Of a stretch of 64,000 nt of DNA, positions 1-14,500 are shown one piece after another. The position numbers and the translations under genes were made by a program. Numbering within the stretch: the stretch's first letter is position 1; every line of letters starts with the position of its first letter. Source of the DNA: Monocercomonoides exilis PA203 (Eukaryota; Protista; Preaxostyla); assembly GCA_001643675.2 (NCBI GenBank), contig LSRY02000051.1, positions 496,001 to 560,000 on the forward strand. The letters are read 5' to 3'. The notes under the pieces were generated by a model. That model was given only the letters and a program-made list of their open reading frames with translations, did not search any database and was not told the origin of the DNA.

Positions 1-145
1 CTTGCCCAATAAGTTTGATAACAGTATCTGAGAATAAATCAAAAAATCAACATATTAAAACAATTGGTTAAAATTATTATTTACAAAAATTAATTAAACA
101 ATCGTTCTTTCCATGGGTGTCTTCAGGGTCCTCCCAATTGTCCAT
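1..145 (-). CDS. 5' end of a probable protein kinase, running off the left edge of the window
   Basis: ATG at 145 and a GT-AG intron at 99-28 splice to MDNWEDPEDTHGKNDYTVIKLIGQG. This resembles kinase subdomain I (Y-x-V-I-K-x-I-G-x-G). Only about 25 codons are visible. Confidence 0.5.
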
Positions 146-404
146 AAAAAGAAAATAAAAAAGAGCCAATCAAAAAAACTAATTAAGGCTAGATGATCAA
201 AAAAGAAAAAAAAATGTGAAATCCAAAATTTGCAAAACATGAAAAAAGAAAATAACCTACTAATTGGAAGTGTCATCCAATATTTTATTGGCACATAATT
301 TAAACAGATAAAACATAAATATGAATTGAAATAAATGTGAATTGGGGGATATGAACAAAATGCTTGAAATGAATGATTTATGAAATGAAGTGATAGGTTT
401 CTTT

Positions 405-3400
405 TTAAATATCATCTGCATCCTCTTCGTCTGATTGTGCAGATCCACTTGTGTCTTCATCTTCATCTTCAGCATTGTTTTCGCTTTGATCTCCAGTCTG
501 GTTATTATCAAGTTGTTGTTCGTTTTGAGAAGGTGAAAGAGGTATGTTTGACTCGTTGTCGCATGCAGGACACGACAAAAGAGGAAGATTAGTCAATGAA
601 AAATCTGTTATTTCTGGCGGAATGCAAAAGCGGAATGGAAGAAGAGTTTCAACTGATATCGAAACTGTTGAAACCAGTTCATCCTAAAATTCATGAAAAA
701 GCATGAGCAATTATTGAGGATAAGAAAATAAAAGGAAAGAATAAAATTTTGATATTCCATTACTCTATAAAATCACAAATAAAATGCAAACATTTGCATA
801 ATTTTCAATTAATAAAAAAACAAAAAATATTTTATTTAATTTCTTTTTCTCTTTTTAGTAGTCCAACTCATTTCCATACTGGGTCATCTACAGACATCAT
901 TTTCATGTCATATGCGTATGTTGAGTAATGCTGAATCAAATCAGAAAAATTCAGTCTGCCTTCAGCAATGCATTTCGCTTTCAGATCGACTGTGTACAGC
1001 TCAAAGCGGACGAAGTGAGCATCAAGATAATGAAAGAAATACGGTGTGCAGTCACAAGTGTATCTGTGAATAAACAAGAAATTGAGCAGAAGAAGAAAGA
1101 TATTGAAGAGGAATAATTGAGAAATTTGGAGGGAAAAAATTATTTTAATGTAAAAAGATACAAAAATTATCAATAAAAAATAAAGAATGCCATTAATTTG
1201 CAGAATAAGATTTTAATTCGTTGTTTAAAAGTTAGAAGTCAATCATCTTTCTATTTCTCCAAATTTCTTGTTGAAGAATGCGTACTTTGCAACAAATTTA
1301 TATTCAGGATTCATCCCTTCCACAATAGGTGTTTTTTGTGAATCAAACATAAAAAAGTCCACAGAAAGAAATGTTTTGATGCCAGTTGAATTAAACGACG
1401 AAGCAGAGGAGGAAGAGGCAGAAGATGGTGAAATGGCTGATGTGGTTGAATCGTTAGCTCCTGTTCCTTCTTTCTCATTTTCAAGTCCTTCTTCGCCTGC
1501 TCTTCCGCCTCTCTTCATGCGCTTTCTCATCTTTTCGAAGAATTCCTCGTTCATCTCAGCTGTGTCCATGCAGATTATCAGCATGTTCTGTCCGTCTACG
1601 ACTGAGTGGTCATCACAATCAGGATCAGAAAGATAAAACGGATGCGATGAAAGACGCTTCGACATTGCTTCTATCTCATTGGAGAGCTTGTTCTGACGCA
1701 TTGTTCAAGAAAAAAAATAATTGAAATAAAAAATATTGTTCGCAAAATCGAAAAGAAAAGAAAAGAAAAAGAAAGAAAGAAAGCATAGAAAATAAGATTC
1801 AAAATGCAAGAATATATCAACATTGACGCATTAATGAAATATCCTTTCACAAACATAATTCTCGACTGACTGTTCATGCTGTTGCTTCAGTTGAATGCAT
1901 TCCTCTTCTTTTTCTTTTAACGCTGAGTAAGAATTTCATGTTTGACGCAAACAATAGAGAATTTCAAAAATTATGATAAAAACAAAAAAAATGTGCTAAA
2001 AAAAAAAAAAAAAAAAAAAAAACGCGCAATAAAAGATATCATAAAAGTTTCCATCAATTCTCACTGTTCTTTTTATTCTTTCAAAGTTCTAACCTGATTC
2101 TTTCTCTGAAAGCGCGTCATTCAACTCCTCCTTTTCCTTTAAGAATCTTTCTTGCTCATATTTCAACTCATCAGCTTTCGAATATGAAGGCTCCTTTAAA
2201 TAAAAACATGCAAATGATGGGAAATAAACAATTGAAAAAGAGTTAAGATGAATAGAAGTGAGTAAGGATAGGAAAAAAAGATCAATAAAATAATCCTAAG
2301 TTAAAAATAAATGTTTGCTAACCTCTTTCTTCCCTTCGATTATTTCCATTAATTTCTTCATTTTCTTTTTTCTTTCTTTTTCGGTCAGCTCGATGACTCC
2401 TTCACCTTCTCCCATCCATTTCCGAACAACCATCAGAGCTTCCTCCAGCAATGTTTCTCCGTTTCTCCTCGGAAGTTTCTTCAGGATTGGCTCGTAAGCA
2501 AGCAGAAGTGGATCAACATTCATCTCAGCTTTTTGTGCTCCTTTTGCAGCTTGCGAAGCAGAAGCACTCGATTTGATGGCGCTCTCCAATTTGTCTCGAA
2601 GATTCGCAATTTGCTCGTCTTTGGATTCGATTTCTTTGTGGACCTGCTGCAAATCCTCGGTAAGCGCATCATTGTCTGCTTGTATTGTGTCGTTTTCAGC
2701 TGAAATATTTCATTATTTATCAGATAAATACACAAAAATTAAATCATAATCATTGAGTCAAATAATTGTGGTTGTTATTTTGGCAATTGTATTTGATAAA
2801 GAGACAAAAAGGAAGAAAGCCACACCATCCAATTCCAAAATCTTCGTTTTCAGCTCTCGAATCAGCTTGTCTTTGTCTGTGATTTTTTTCTTTAACGTTT
2901 CATTCTCTTCATTCAGCTATGGCAAATAAAGAATGAAAAAATAGGGGAAAAAAGTGAGAATTCAAACTTTCAAATCACTCAACAGATCAAAAAACATTGA
3001 AATTTTATTCTTAAAAACATAAAAAGTGCAACAAAATAAAAATAAAATTCGTTCATTTACCTCATTCTCTTTCACAATACCTGTTTCTTTTCTTTCAGCA
3101 AGTTCTCTTTCTCTTCAAACACAACAGCCAACTGCTGTTTGGCTTCTACTGCTGCTTTGACATTCTGTTGTAGTTGGCTTATTTGTTCCTTACGTAATTC
3201 GCTGTTGCCAGCCTGTTGCTGCAGTTTGGCGTTGTCTTGCCTCAACTTAAATTGAAAATTAAATATTAAATAATAAAAACAATTGAAACGATGAAAATGA
3301 AAATTAAATTATAAATTAATAATGAAATGCAACGAAAAAAGAACATGTTGAACAACTAAACAAAAGAAAACGAAAAATTTAATTTTGCACAAGGTTTGAC

Positions 3401-4826
3401 TTTCAAGCAAATTTGGTATTAAAAAACAAATAATAAAATTAATTTTCAAATAATTAAAGCGTCTATTAACGAAGCAAATTTCGATTTTGATTTAATGCAT
3501 TCAAAATCACACAGCTTTCGAATTTTTATACCTCTTCTAGTTCATCATTGAGCTCTTCAATCATTCGATCTTTATCAGATGATTCCCTTTTAAGTTTTTT
3601 CATCATCTGTTGTAGTTGATCATACCGCTGTGCAACATCTTCCATCTGTTCCCTCATCGAATCGACCTCTTGGTTCAACTGACAAGCATAATATTTTCCG
3701 TATTTTTGTTTGGCAATGTTTGTAAAATATGAGTTTGTGCCAATGACAATTAATGAGGTGGAAAAGTGCAATAAAATAAATTGCAAATGGAAAAAGGGTT
3801 GTATTTTATGTTAAAATTTTAATATTATTAATCAATTCATACGGCACTCATTTTCTTTTTATCTTGCTCCATTAATTGAATTATCATCTGAAAATTTCGA
3901 TTAAAAACAACGATTTTGAACGTAAAAATTCAATAATTAGAATCAAAATTGCATAAAGTGTAAGAAATCAATTTGTTAATTGTGAAAAGTGAATTAATTG
4001 CACACCGGATCCGGTGCAGATGAGAACCCTCCAGATGTTCCATAATCTTTAGAAGGCGAAACTCTTTCTGACATTTCATCAAGAGCTTGTTTAACTTGCT
4101 TTGCTTTGTGTGAAATATCTGTTAATTGAGATTGAACATCGCTTGGCCTTGGCGACGGTGATCTTTGTCTTTGATAAGAATTCTTTTTCACGTTGAGTTA
4201 ATAATTCTTATGAATCGATAGAAATATTTTTAATAATTAGTACCGTTAAGCTTTGCGATTTTCTCGTTTGATCTCTGCCATCAGATAGTCTTTTAAGCTG
4301 CGTTCATGCTTTATGAATGCTATTATTAAAAATTTTGTCAAACTTTTCTTTGCAACTCTTCCTGCCTTCTCTTTTCATCATGTAATTCGTCAACCTTTCT
4401 TCCGATATGATATTCTTTTTCCGGATGTAGTTGGTCTATTTTTATTGTTTCAATAATTCAATATATTAATTGTTAATAATTGTTATAAATAATACTTTCT
4501 CCAATTTTTTCAGAATAAGAAGAACTTGAAGCATCATATAACTTTAAATCGTCTTCAAAACGATCCAAGACATTTGATTGTTGCAGCCTTGTTCCTCGAT
4601 AGCCTGACATATTGTTCAAAAATAAAATTAATTTAAATTAAATATGGGTCAATGAATTATATAAAGGGATGTGAATCAAGAATTTTGTTGGAAAATTAAT
4701 GTTTTCAGGTTCTGCTGGTAAAAAGGGTGCAACTGCAGGGACATTAATCGCTGCAGTTGTTATAACTGTGGGATTATGGCTGTTCATTGACGGTTTTCTT
4801 TGCGAAAGATGCTTTTGATTAAACAT
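405..4826 (-). CDS. RPGRIP1L: Multi-exon coiled-coil + C2 domain protein, RPGRIP1/RPGRIP1L (MKS5)-like ciliary transition-zone protein
   Basis: Coiled-coil exons (e.g. 3526-3680, 2340-2700) precede QNMLIICMD...TFLSVDFFMFDSQKTPIVEGMNPEYKFVAK|YTCDCTPYFFHYLDAHFVRFELY...CIAEGRLNFSDLI. This matches the first C2 domain of RPGRIP1-family proteins (TF...FYDF..Q.TP.V.G..PEY.F.SQY). Intron 1285-1064 is GT-AG and in phase. Stop at 405 follows an acidic tail. The 5' exon boundaries are approximate. Confidence 0.6.
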
Positions 4827-5787
4827 TTAATTTTTGATTTTCGATTTAAAAAGGGGCTGTCGTTGCTAAAATACAACCAATTAATTATGCAGCATATGTA
4901 TGCTAACTTTTTTTATGGTTAATTGCTTTGTTGTTATTATTTTTTTTATTTCAATACAAGATATGCATCATTGGAACTGTTATTTTTGAAGTGTTGTATG
5001 CTTTATTTGTTAATAATTTATATTTTTTCAGAGCACATTTTTGAAATTTATTTAGAGCTAATTTTTTGAACTGGGTTTGCCTAATATTTTGTTCAAATTT
5101 ATTATTGTAAGCATTTTTAAGAATGCAATAAATGGAACAGACGATGATTCTTCAGATTTAGAAAAAAGAGTAGCACAAATTTTGTTTTTCATATGCGTTG
5201 TTGTTTCCATTGGGTTTGCTTTCGCCTTTAATTTGAAATGTTGAATTGTAATTGAAAACATTTAATAAAAAGTGGTAACGTGGGAGCATTCTGTATCGCA
5301 TATTTTCAATATATAAAACCAAAATCCGAAAACATGTACTCTGGAATAATGATTTTTGTGTCTAGTATATTGTTTTTGGTTGGATTTACAGTCTTTAGGT
5401 TCACGAGGCAGTCTCATAAATTTGATTGAGTTCAAAGATAATTTAAGCTTATGTATTAGTTTTTTTTATTTAAATTTCAGTTTGGGAATTTCATTTTTTT
5501 TATTTGAAAAAATAATAATTGTGAAAGCTTTTGGAATTTTCTTTTCATTTCACTCTTGATGCTACCATTTTTTTAAAGCAAATATTTCTTTTTGAAAATT
5601 TTTATTCATTTTTGGGAAAAAAAACTATAAAATTTCCCGAGTGGTTCATAAGCCCTAACTTTTATTGAAAAAAGCAAATTACTAGAAGATTCTTTTAAAT
5701 ATAGTTTAAAGAAATGATTTCAGTATATTATTGAGATGGATATCTTGTTGGATATTTTCAAGATAGCATTTTTTGTTTCTTTTCTTG

Positions 5788-5896
<109 letters not shown>

Positions 5897-6906
5897 GGGC
5901 TATAATTTAATCTTGACCTTTTTTCTTTATCTAGACCTTTTTCTTTTTTGTCCTGCCAACAGCTATACACAAGTTTGTTTAAAATATAAAATAACCAGAA
6001 ATGTTTGAAATGTTTTAATTTCCTTATTCTGTATTTTTTTTTCAATATTTCATTTTTAACAAAAAGATCGAGGATTATAAATATTTTATGTTTTGATCAT
6101 TGACTTGCTGCTTTTTCAACGAATATTTTTAATCGGAAGTTTTAAGCTTTCATATCATAATACATCGTTTCTTTTTTATATGATTTAGTTGATTTAAACT
6201 TTCTCAACTTGTTTTTTTAACACTTTTTCTCATTTCACACATTTTTTAAAAATACACAATTTCAGAGACATTCATCCATTTGTTTTTAAATTTATTGAAA
6301 TGACAAATAAACATTATTAAAATAAAACGATTCTTGTATGTATAAAATAAGTATTTGTTTGTATATGTTTTGGAATCAAAATAACATAAAAATCACATAT
6401 ACTTGATTATTAGTTAATATTCTTGAAAAGTTCCTTTTCATTTCAAAACTCAATACAAATAAACTATAAATAAGACTTTATGCATTTTTTCCATTTTAAT
6501 AAAATTTGTCACAAACACTTGTTTATATAAAAAATCGTGTTTTAAGCAAAAACAGTGAAATGAGAAAAAAAGGTCGAAAATTAAATTGAAAATGTTAAAA
6601 ACAAGTTAAAATAATAATATAGGAATGTTAAATGCTGATGCTGTGGCTTAAAACGTTCGGTATGAAATATTGGCTTCACAGCCAGCAAGTCTTTGATCAG
6701 GGTCCTAAAATTATAAAAAATCTAAATAATTTTTTGAATATAAAAATTTCAAAGAATTTTTCAACAGAATTCTGTAAAACAAAAATATCAAGAAGTCTAT
6801 TTATTTTGCTTTTGTTTAAAGCCTTTTTACAAATCAAAAAAGCAAAAATAAGTTTAATAAAAAAGGGTTGAGATAGAATTTTGAGGTCAAGATAAAATTT
6901 GCACCC
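5897..6906. mobile_element. Non-autonomous TIR element (~1.0 kb, GGG...CCC termini) inserted in a TTTA microsatellite
   Basis: Left end agggctataatttaatcttgacct (5896-5919) vs reverse complement of the right end agggtgcaaattttatcttgacct (6884-6907): 19/24 identical. TATTTA flanks both sides. No credible internal ORF. Confidence 0.6.
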
Positions 6907-6910
6907 TATT

Positions 6911-6949
<39 letters not shown>
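6907..6949. repeat. (TATT)n/(TAT)n microsatellite
   Basis: Seen directly. It continues the TTTA tract on the far side of the TIR element. Confidence 0.9.
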
Positions 6950-8565
6950 TGAGTGATTTGCAGAGTGAAAATATAACATGCCCTGTTGCGCAGGTCTTGT
7001 TTCGTCAAAAATTTCTTTCTCGAATTCGTTCGGATGATGCTGTTTTTTGAAACAAAAAGACACCCATAATAAATTACTGAGTATGTTTGAAATGATCATT
7101 TTATGATTCTGTCCATATGCACTTTATATATTAGTTTTGAAAATGATTTTATATTGAAGTTGTTTGCTTATTGTTTTTCCTTTTATTATTTTTACTCATA
7201 CTCATATTTTCTTTAATAAAAATGAAACTTTGCAAATATCTCTTTTTCCTGTTTTAATGAATTGTGTGATTGCTAAAAATAGGAGAAACAATTACAAACT
7301 TCAAGGCTTATCAATGAAAAAGATTAAAAGCAGAGAATGAAATCCATTTGGAGTATAGTTAAATGCGAAGAATTCGAGGAAAAAAATGATAAAGATTGAA
7401 ATCAAAATTCTTTACTGTTCTATTCATCCCCATTTTTTATGTTCCAAAGTTCATTCGAAAAAGAGGAACTCCAGAACATGAAGAGAAAACCTTTATCTTA
7501 AGTATTTGAATTCTTCGATGAAATTTAAATTCTTGGAATTCAATTTTTTCGCAATCACACATTTTCACCAGTGATTTTTGAGCTGAAAGATTAATCTTTA
7601 AGAGATTTTATCAATTTTGAAAAAATAGAAACAAAACATCTTCTTCAAATGGACTACAGACGAAAGGTGGTTCACACAATTCACAAAACACGCATTATTT
7701 TTTGAGATTATTACGAACCGCATCAGATAAAACTTCATCAGAAAACATGAATAACATTGGTTGTGCTGTGCATTTTGGTTGCATGTTACTCAAACAGAGT
7801 GGGATCCTTTCTCATATAAATGGAAAAAAGAACTTTCATGGGACTTTTCACATTAAAAAAAGTTAAAGTTATTTTCTAAAATAAAAAATAAAACATAATA
7901 GTGCTGAAACGGTTATTTTTGTGGAGTTAACTTCATTTTTTCATCATTAACAATTGTATGCATATTTATTTCTTTTTATTTCAAATAATATTTTTTTTTC
8001 TTTAAAAATGAATAGATGAAGAAAACTCAGGCTGAAAAATAAATAGAAATTGCCCAATTGACATGGTTTCTTCCATCAAGAAATCATTGAGTTTTTAATT
8101 TTTTAAAAAAATAATTGAATTCAATGAAGTGGGACGAGCAAAAGTGGGCTCATCAATAATTATCCTTTCATTTTTGAGGTTTAATTCATCAATATCGCTG
8201 TGCCCATCTTTCAACAGCTGCGGTAATGAAGGAGAGTTTCCATTGTATCAAAAGATGAATGTTAGATTCATTTCCTAGGCTTAATTATTCTATTTCAATT
8301 ATTGGCTTTGATTTGCTTTATTTGTTTCATGTTTAAGCTCAGAGCTATAAAGCAAAAACCCATTTCACATGCGATTCAACGTATTGATGAAGAAATATAA
8401 TGAAATGGGTTGAATGAATTTGAGCAGTAATTTGACGCCAAGGATGAAGAATGCTAAAAGGATACAAAAGAAGCAGAAGCACTCAAGAGATAGATATCAA
8501 CAAATACGATCTATCACAATTAGTTCCAGGTATCATTTTTCATTGGATAATTTTCATTGATAAAT

Positions 8566-11500
8566 TCAACTGGTGAATGTAGATAGACTGTCACTGTCAG
8601 TAATTCTTTCTGAATCTGCTCTATCTCCAGAACACTGCTCCATATCAATCGCATCGGACATTGTGAGAACAGCAGCTCCAAGTGGGAAATGTTGGATAAG
8701 TACTCTTTTTATGGATGTGAGCGTTGGCCTTGCTTCAGTACTGACTGCTATGCATTCTTTTGAACATTCTCTTAGATTGCTGTCTCTGATCATTTCGATA
8801 TCTGGTCTTTCTCCGTTCACTATTTTCTGCCCTGCCACCACACCCTCATATTCACCAAACGGAATCTCCAAAGTTAAGCATTCCCACAGCATCATCCCAA
8901 TCGAGAATGACACTGATTCCTTTGTTGCCCCCATCTTCTTGTTCATCAGCAGTTCTGGTGCCTTCCATCTCAGACACTCTTTTCTTATCTCGTCTTCGTC
9001 TTCAAAAGCAGATGAAGGAGGTGGTGAGTCTGTGAATCTCTCGCTCATCACTGAAATATTGGACGATGAAGATACAACAGTTAATGAAGAGATCGATGAT
9101 GAATCTGAATCATCATCAGAAGAAAGGAAGTCTGAATGCATGACAATGCAGATCACCATGTGTTCAGAAAACAACACAATATGTGGACTCAGGCTGGCCA
9201 ATGACTGAAGTGGGTTCTCCATTTCATCAAATGAGTGGAGAGCTCCATTCGCCACCCAGAACAGGATTTGGGCTGCTGTTTGTTCTCTCTCCTGAAGAGT
9301 GCCTATTGCCATCTCTTTTGTCTTATTCCTTCCATGCAACAACATGAACAGAGAATCCCTCAAGTCCACAATCAGCTTTTCATGAGGCGAGGAACAGGCC
9401 ATTGCATCCACCAGATTCGACATCGACGAGGTGGTTGGACACAGACTCTCCGATCGAACAAAAGTTGAATCTGTGTCTGAAGTGTCTGTTGTTGAAGTGG
9501 ATGAAATGGAAGGTGATGGAGTCTGCTTTCTTATTTCCTCTTCCTCAACCTTCTCCAATGCCCACTGAGGAATCTTGTCTGAACCCTTTCCCAAAATATA
9601 TTCAGTGGAGCCACTCTCACTCAACAAATGCTCTGATGACTCAGAATGTCCCAGACTTTTCTCAAACACCCTCTTCTTGATCCTCTCTTCGTTCTTCTTC
9701 TCTGCCTCCCTCTCTGCTCTCCTCCACTGTTCCTCAGGCGACATCTCCATTGTTACCATCTCAAACGCTTTCGGATCCTTTTTGATATTGTCTTCCACAA
9801 TCTCTCTCAGATCTTTGTTCTCATTCTTCACCTTTCTCCAACGAACAGCCAAAACAACAATAATTGCTAGCAACAGAATGAAAACTGCAGAGGCAATCAC
9901 AATAACAACACACCACTTCTTCTTCTCATTTCCACCTTCCGCAATCCTTTCATCTCCATTTGTTTTTGATTCACTTTTGTTTTTCAGAATGAATGACTGG
10001 GTTGATGAGGGAGAATCGGCATTCCCAAACAGAACGCACAAGCTAACTTCAGTCTCTTCTCTCACATTCTCCAATTGTGAAGATGTTGCGACTGTTTGTA
10101 TTTCATTTTCTGAAGAAAATTCATCTTTGTTGATCTCATGAAGTTCAATAAATTCCTCGTCTCCGCTTGTGAAGCACAATTTCAAGGTCAGATTGCAAGG
10201 AAGAAGAAGCTCCCCAAACAGAGTCAAATTTGTTGCACTCGAGGATATTGGCAAGCTCTTCACTTCATGCAGCACTGGGATAAATAGTGCCGATGCTCTC
10301 TCGCTGGCTATTCCACTCAGCTCACATCCGTCATTCAAGATCCACAATGAGGAATCTGACAAAACTCCATCCCCTGCTTTCACACTTTTCATATCCAGCT
10401 TGGTCGAATCAGAGCACCAAATATTTCTTCGAGCTGAAGGATACAGCTCAATCGCTGGATTGTTGTTCACAAACTCGCCTTTCTCGATTCTCATTGTTCC
10501 CCCTCTTGCTGAAAGGCCACCATTGGCAGAGTTTGTGAAAGTCGTGTCACTTATCACTGATTCGCATTGAACCACATCCACAAGCGATCCGTTCCATTCG
10601 CAAATGAAGGGATCGACATTGCTCGTGTGCGGCCCATCTGTTTCGATTTGCTTTTCTCCATCAAACAGGCATCCTTTAATCTCGATATCTTTGCAAAACA
10701 ACAGAGAAGCAATGCTTCCAGTTGTTTTATGTGCTTGGAATCTTGAAAACGAGCAATTGGACAATTTCGCAATGGAGTCAAATCGTTCAATTCCAATTAC
10801 ACTTGCATCCTCTCCCACACATGTGATATTCTCAATGAAAGAAAGCGATAAAGAAAATGAAGCTGATGAAGTCTCTCCATTCGAAATCTTGCTCTCACCT
10901 CTATTGACTGCAATAAAGCGTCCATTGCACACTTCCACTCCATTTACATCCAAATTTTCCATCTTCACTGCTGCATTTCCGCTGATCTGCACAAAATCCT
11001 TTTCAACTTCCACATTATTGACAACAAGATTGTTGACTTCGATCGACTCCTTGATATAGATAGCAGCGTCGCATTCAAACGAAAGCGAAGAAATGTTCAC
11101 CTTGTTCAGGAGACATTCGCCTCCATCGATTGAGAGCAGGCAAAATGGAAGAGATCTTTTTGATCCTCCAAGCAAGCTTCCTGCCTCGAATGAACATGCA
11201 TTTAGTGTTGCCTTGCCAGAGTCAACCTTCAAGAAAGAAGTGCGCTCTGTTTGCAACACAATCTCAAATACGAACAGAAGTGATTGCAGCTGCACCTTGC
11301 CATTTGTGCGAACCACGAAATCCTCAGATCCCTTTATTTCTCCTTTCACAATCACAATGCTGCCATTCTCCTGCAATCCCCTTAACGTCAATGTCTCAAG
11401 CACAATTTCTTCGTCCACAATTGACTCCTCATCGACAAACAGCTGGCTGAAAAAATCATGAGTCAGATGCCGCAGCCCAAAGCCGATTGTGGCGCATGGC

Positions 11501-14500
11501 AGCTTCGGTTTTCCACACTGCTGCTCATTGCTCCCTCCGTTCCCTTCTTTGCTCGATACCACAATGGTGTCAGATTGATACTTCACAATCAGACTCATCA
11601 GATCCAGCGCCTTCTCCTTGTGATCAACCTCGTCCATCCCGAATATTGAATTTTGTTTGATGAATTCTTCATCGCGGAAGTCGAGGTTGAACTGCGTTTC
11701 GTTGATCTGGCTTTCAATGTCGTGGCACTCGATGAACACATCATTTCCAACTTTTGCTGTGTTTCTTCTGAAAGTCACGTTATCAAACGCAAACTTCAGT
11801 TCTCCATTCAGTCTGGTGGAAAGATACACACCTCCTCCTTTCCCTTCGCTCGCTGAGCATCCGCACAGCCTGACACTTGCATTCTTCAGCTTGAATGATC
11901 CTTCTTCATTCAGTGCGAATAGAATTCCACCTCCCTTTGTGCTTCCACCTGCACAACACTCTTCCAGCGCAGACGATTCAATATCAACTTTGACTCCACA
12001 AGTGCATGTGCTGCATATCAAACTTGCGTCTGTGCCTTCCACATTCACTGAAGAGAAAGTGCAATTCTTTGCAACAACTTCGCCCGCATCATTTCTTTCG
12101 TTGTTTTTGTGATCTCTGCTTTCATCTTGCACCTTCACCAGACTTCCACATTCATCTTTTATTTGTGAAACATCGCATTCATCAAACAAGCTCTGGACTC
12201 CCGAAAGAATCACAAAAACACTTTGCTTCGCTTCAAACGATGTGATCATGCACTTCCATAAACGCAAAATTCCCTTTTTCGCAAAGCATAGAGCAGCATT
12301 ATCCATTTTCTCTTCGTCTCCATTGGTTGACAGTGAGCAATCGTCAAATTCAAGCATTTCACCATCACTTTCGAATATGCCTGTTTTTCCATTTGGCCGC
12401 AAGCGATATGTGCAAATGTCAAGTGCTCTCAGCGAAAGAGTTTTGCTGTTGCTTATCCACACAGACACTGCACTTTCTTCTTTGCTCCCAATTTCAAGAG
12501 CAGAACGCACAACTTCATCTCCTCCTGAACCTTGGGGCTCAACAACCAGCCCAGACAAATCGTATGAACCTTCCACGCTTGCTTTTTCTTTGATTTCCAC
12601 TACCTTTCTGCTTGCATCTCCGACAATATGCTTCAGCCCCATCCACATCGACTTGCAAGGATCTTCATCACTCCCGCATCTCGCAACATCGTCTCCTCCT
12701 TCCCACACAACCACAACTGAATTGCTGTATTCAATCAGAAATCTGAGGAGATCCGTGTTGTTCCGCTTCTCATCAGTTCCCACAAACATATTTGAGTTGT
12801 CGTTCAACTCATCAACGCTAAATGCAAATGTCTGATTTGTCACCGATTCATTCAGATCGTTGCTGAGGATAAATATGTTTTTGCCAAGAAATGCATCATT
12901 GTTTTCGAAATGAACATTTGCAAACACAAAAGAAATATCAGAAGCTGCCTGTTTGTTGTTCAAGAAGAGGCAACCTCCTTTGCCAGAACTGCTTGTTTCA
13001 GCAGCACACACTTTCATCTCACAACCACTCACTTCAAACAAACAACTTCCAGATATGTTAATATTTATCGCTCCACCTGTGTTGCTTGCAATTGACTTCA
13101 CATTCGTCATATTACACTGCTCCATCTTAATTGCATTTTTTGCATCTTCGCTGAAAAGAACAGCACAATCTGTATTTGCATTGGACAAATCTGCAAATGT
13201 GCAGTTGCTGAAGCCAACAATTGGCTCGCCGGATTCTTCATTTTCAGCTCCAAGAAGCGACAATTCCAATATAGGCTTTGCTGTTCTTATGTTGTGAATA
13301 GTTGTCCAATTCATAATCAGTGTTGCTCCACTGCTTCGCATTATGGAGTATTGAATCTCTTCTCTCGACTCTTCCTGCATTTCAAAGATGCATTTCTGAA
13401 CTTCCAATACTCCGTTTTGTGATGTTAAACTGATCAAAGTGTGCTTTGTTTCATCAAAGCGTTTTGGAAACTGAAGAACTGTGTTCTTTATCAGAGTGCT
13501 TCCCTCAGAAATAATGACACTGTCTGACTCTCCTCCTATTGTTGATTTTATTATCACAATGATTTGGCTGTTTGTTTTGGTTTCAACACTCACACCTGTC
13601 AGATCGGTCTCCTGCTCTATTGCTGAGCGTCCAGCGAGTGTTATTCCTTTCTCATCATCGTCTGCAAGTCTGCAAACTCCGTAATCCACACTTGCACATG
13701 GGCACACTTCCATGCCACACCATATTCCATTATCTCCTGTCAGCCCATCCACTTCAATGACCAACGAGCTGTAACCTTCGAGGAAGATGAGAAGATCAAC
13801 ATCATTTTCGAACTTTGATCTGTCTTTCCCCATCAGCGAGTTGTTCCTCTCAGTGATCTTTTCGTAAAATGAAAACGTTGATGCTGTCACAGTCTTTCTC
13901 AAGTCTTGACAGACAAGATACACATCTCTCCCACATCTTGCTTTATTACCTTCCACATACATTCCGGCCAAGTCAAATCTCGATGATTCACCCTCAAATC
14001 CCAGCCAGAGTCCTCCTCCATGTCCACTTCCATCTCCTTGCTCCGTTCTTCCAGCAATGCATCTCTTTATTGATGTGGCATCGCTTGTTGAACTGATTCT
14101 TAATTCGGCGCTGCCTCTCATATTCAGCTTCAATCCTCCTCCATTCCCTCTTTCTGCAACACAGTCTTCAATGGTTGTGTTTTCCACAACAACTCCACCA
14201 TAAGCAATCACTCCACCAATCAACCCTCCATCTCCTGTTTCCAAATTGATTCCGCTTCCATTGCAATTAATCACATGAATTTCATTTGCCTCGCTTGCCT
14301 TTATCAGCCCAGAATCTGTGAATTGACAAGTACTCCAATTACACATGCTCAATCTCAACACACAACTGCTTCCTGCATAAATCAAGCTGCTTCCTTCCGT
14401 GCTGCATTCGTTGGCATTCATTTCATTAACGGTGAATGAGCCTCCATTTGCAATCTCAATAAATCCATTTTCACGGGATAATGAGATATTTCTCAGATCG

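Noticed and set aside
4890-5244. Possible small spliced membrane protein ending ...VAQILFFICVVVSIGFAFAFNLKC*
   Set aside because: I could not build a consistent start and splice model, and T-rich DNA gives hydrophobic ORFs by chance.
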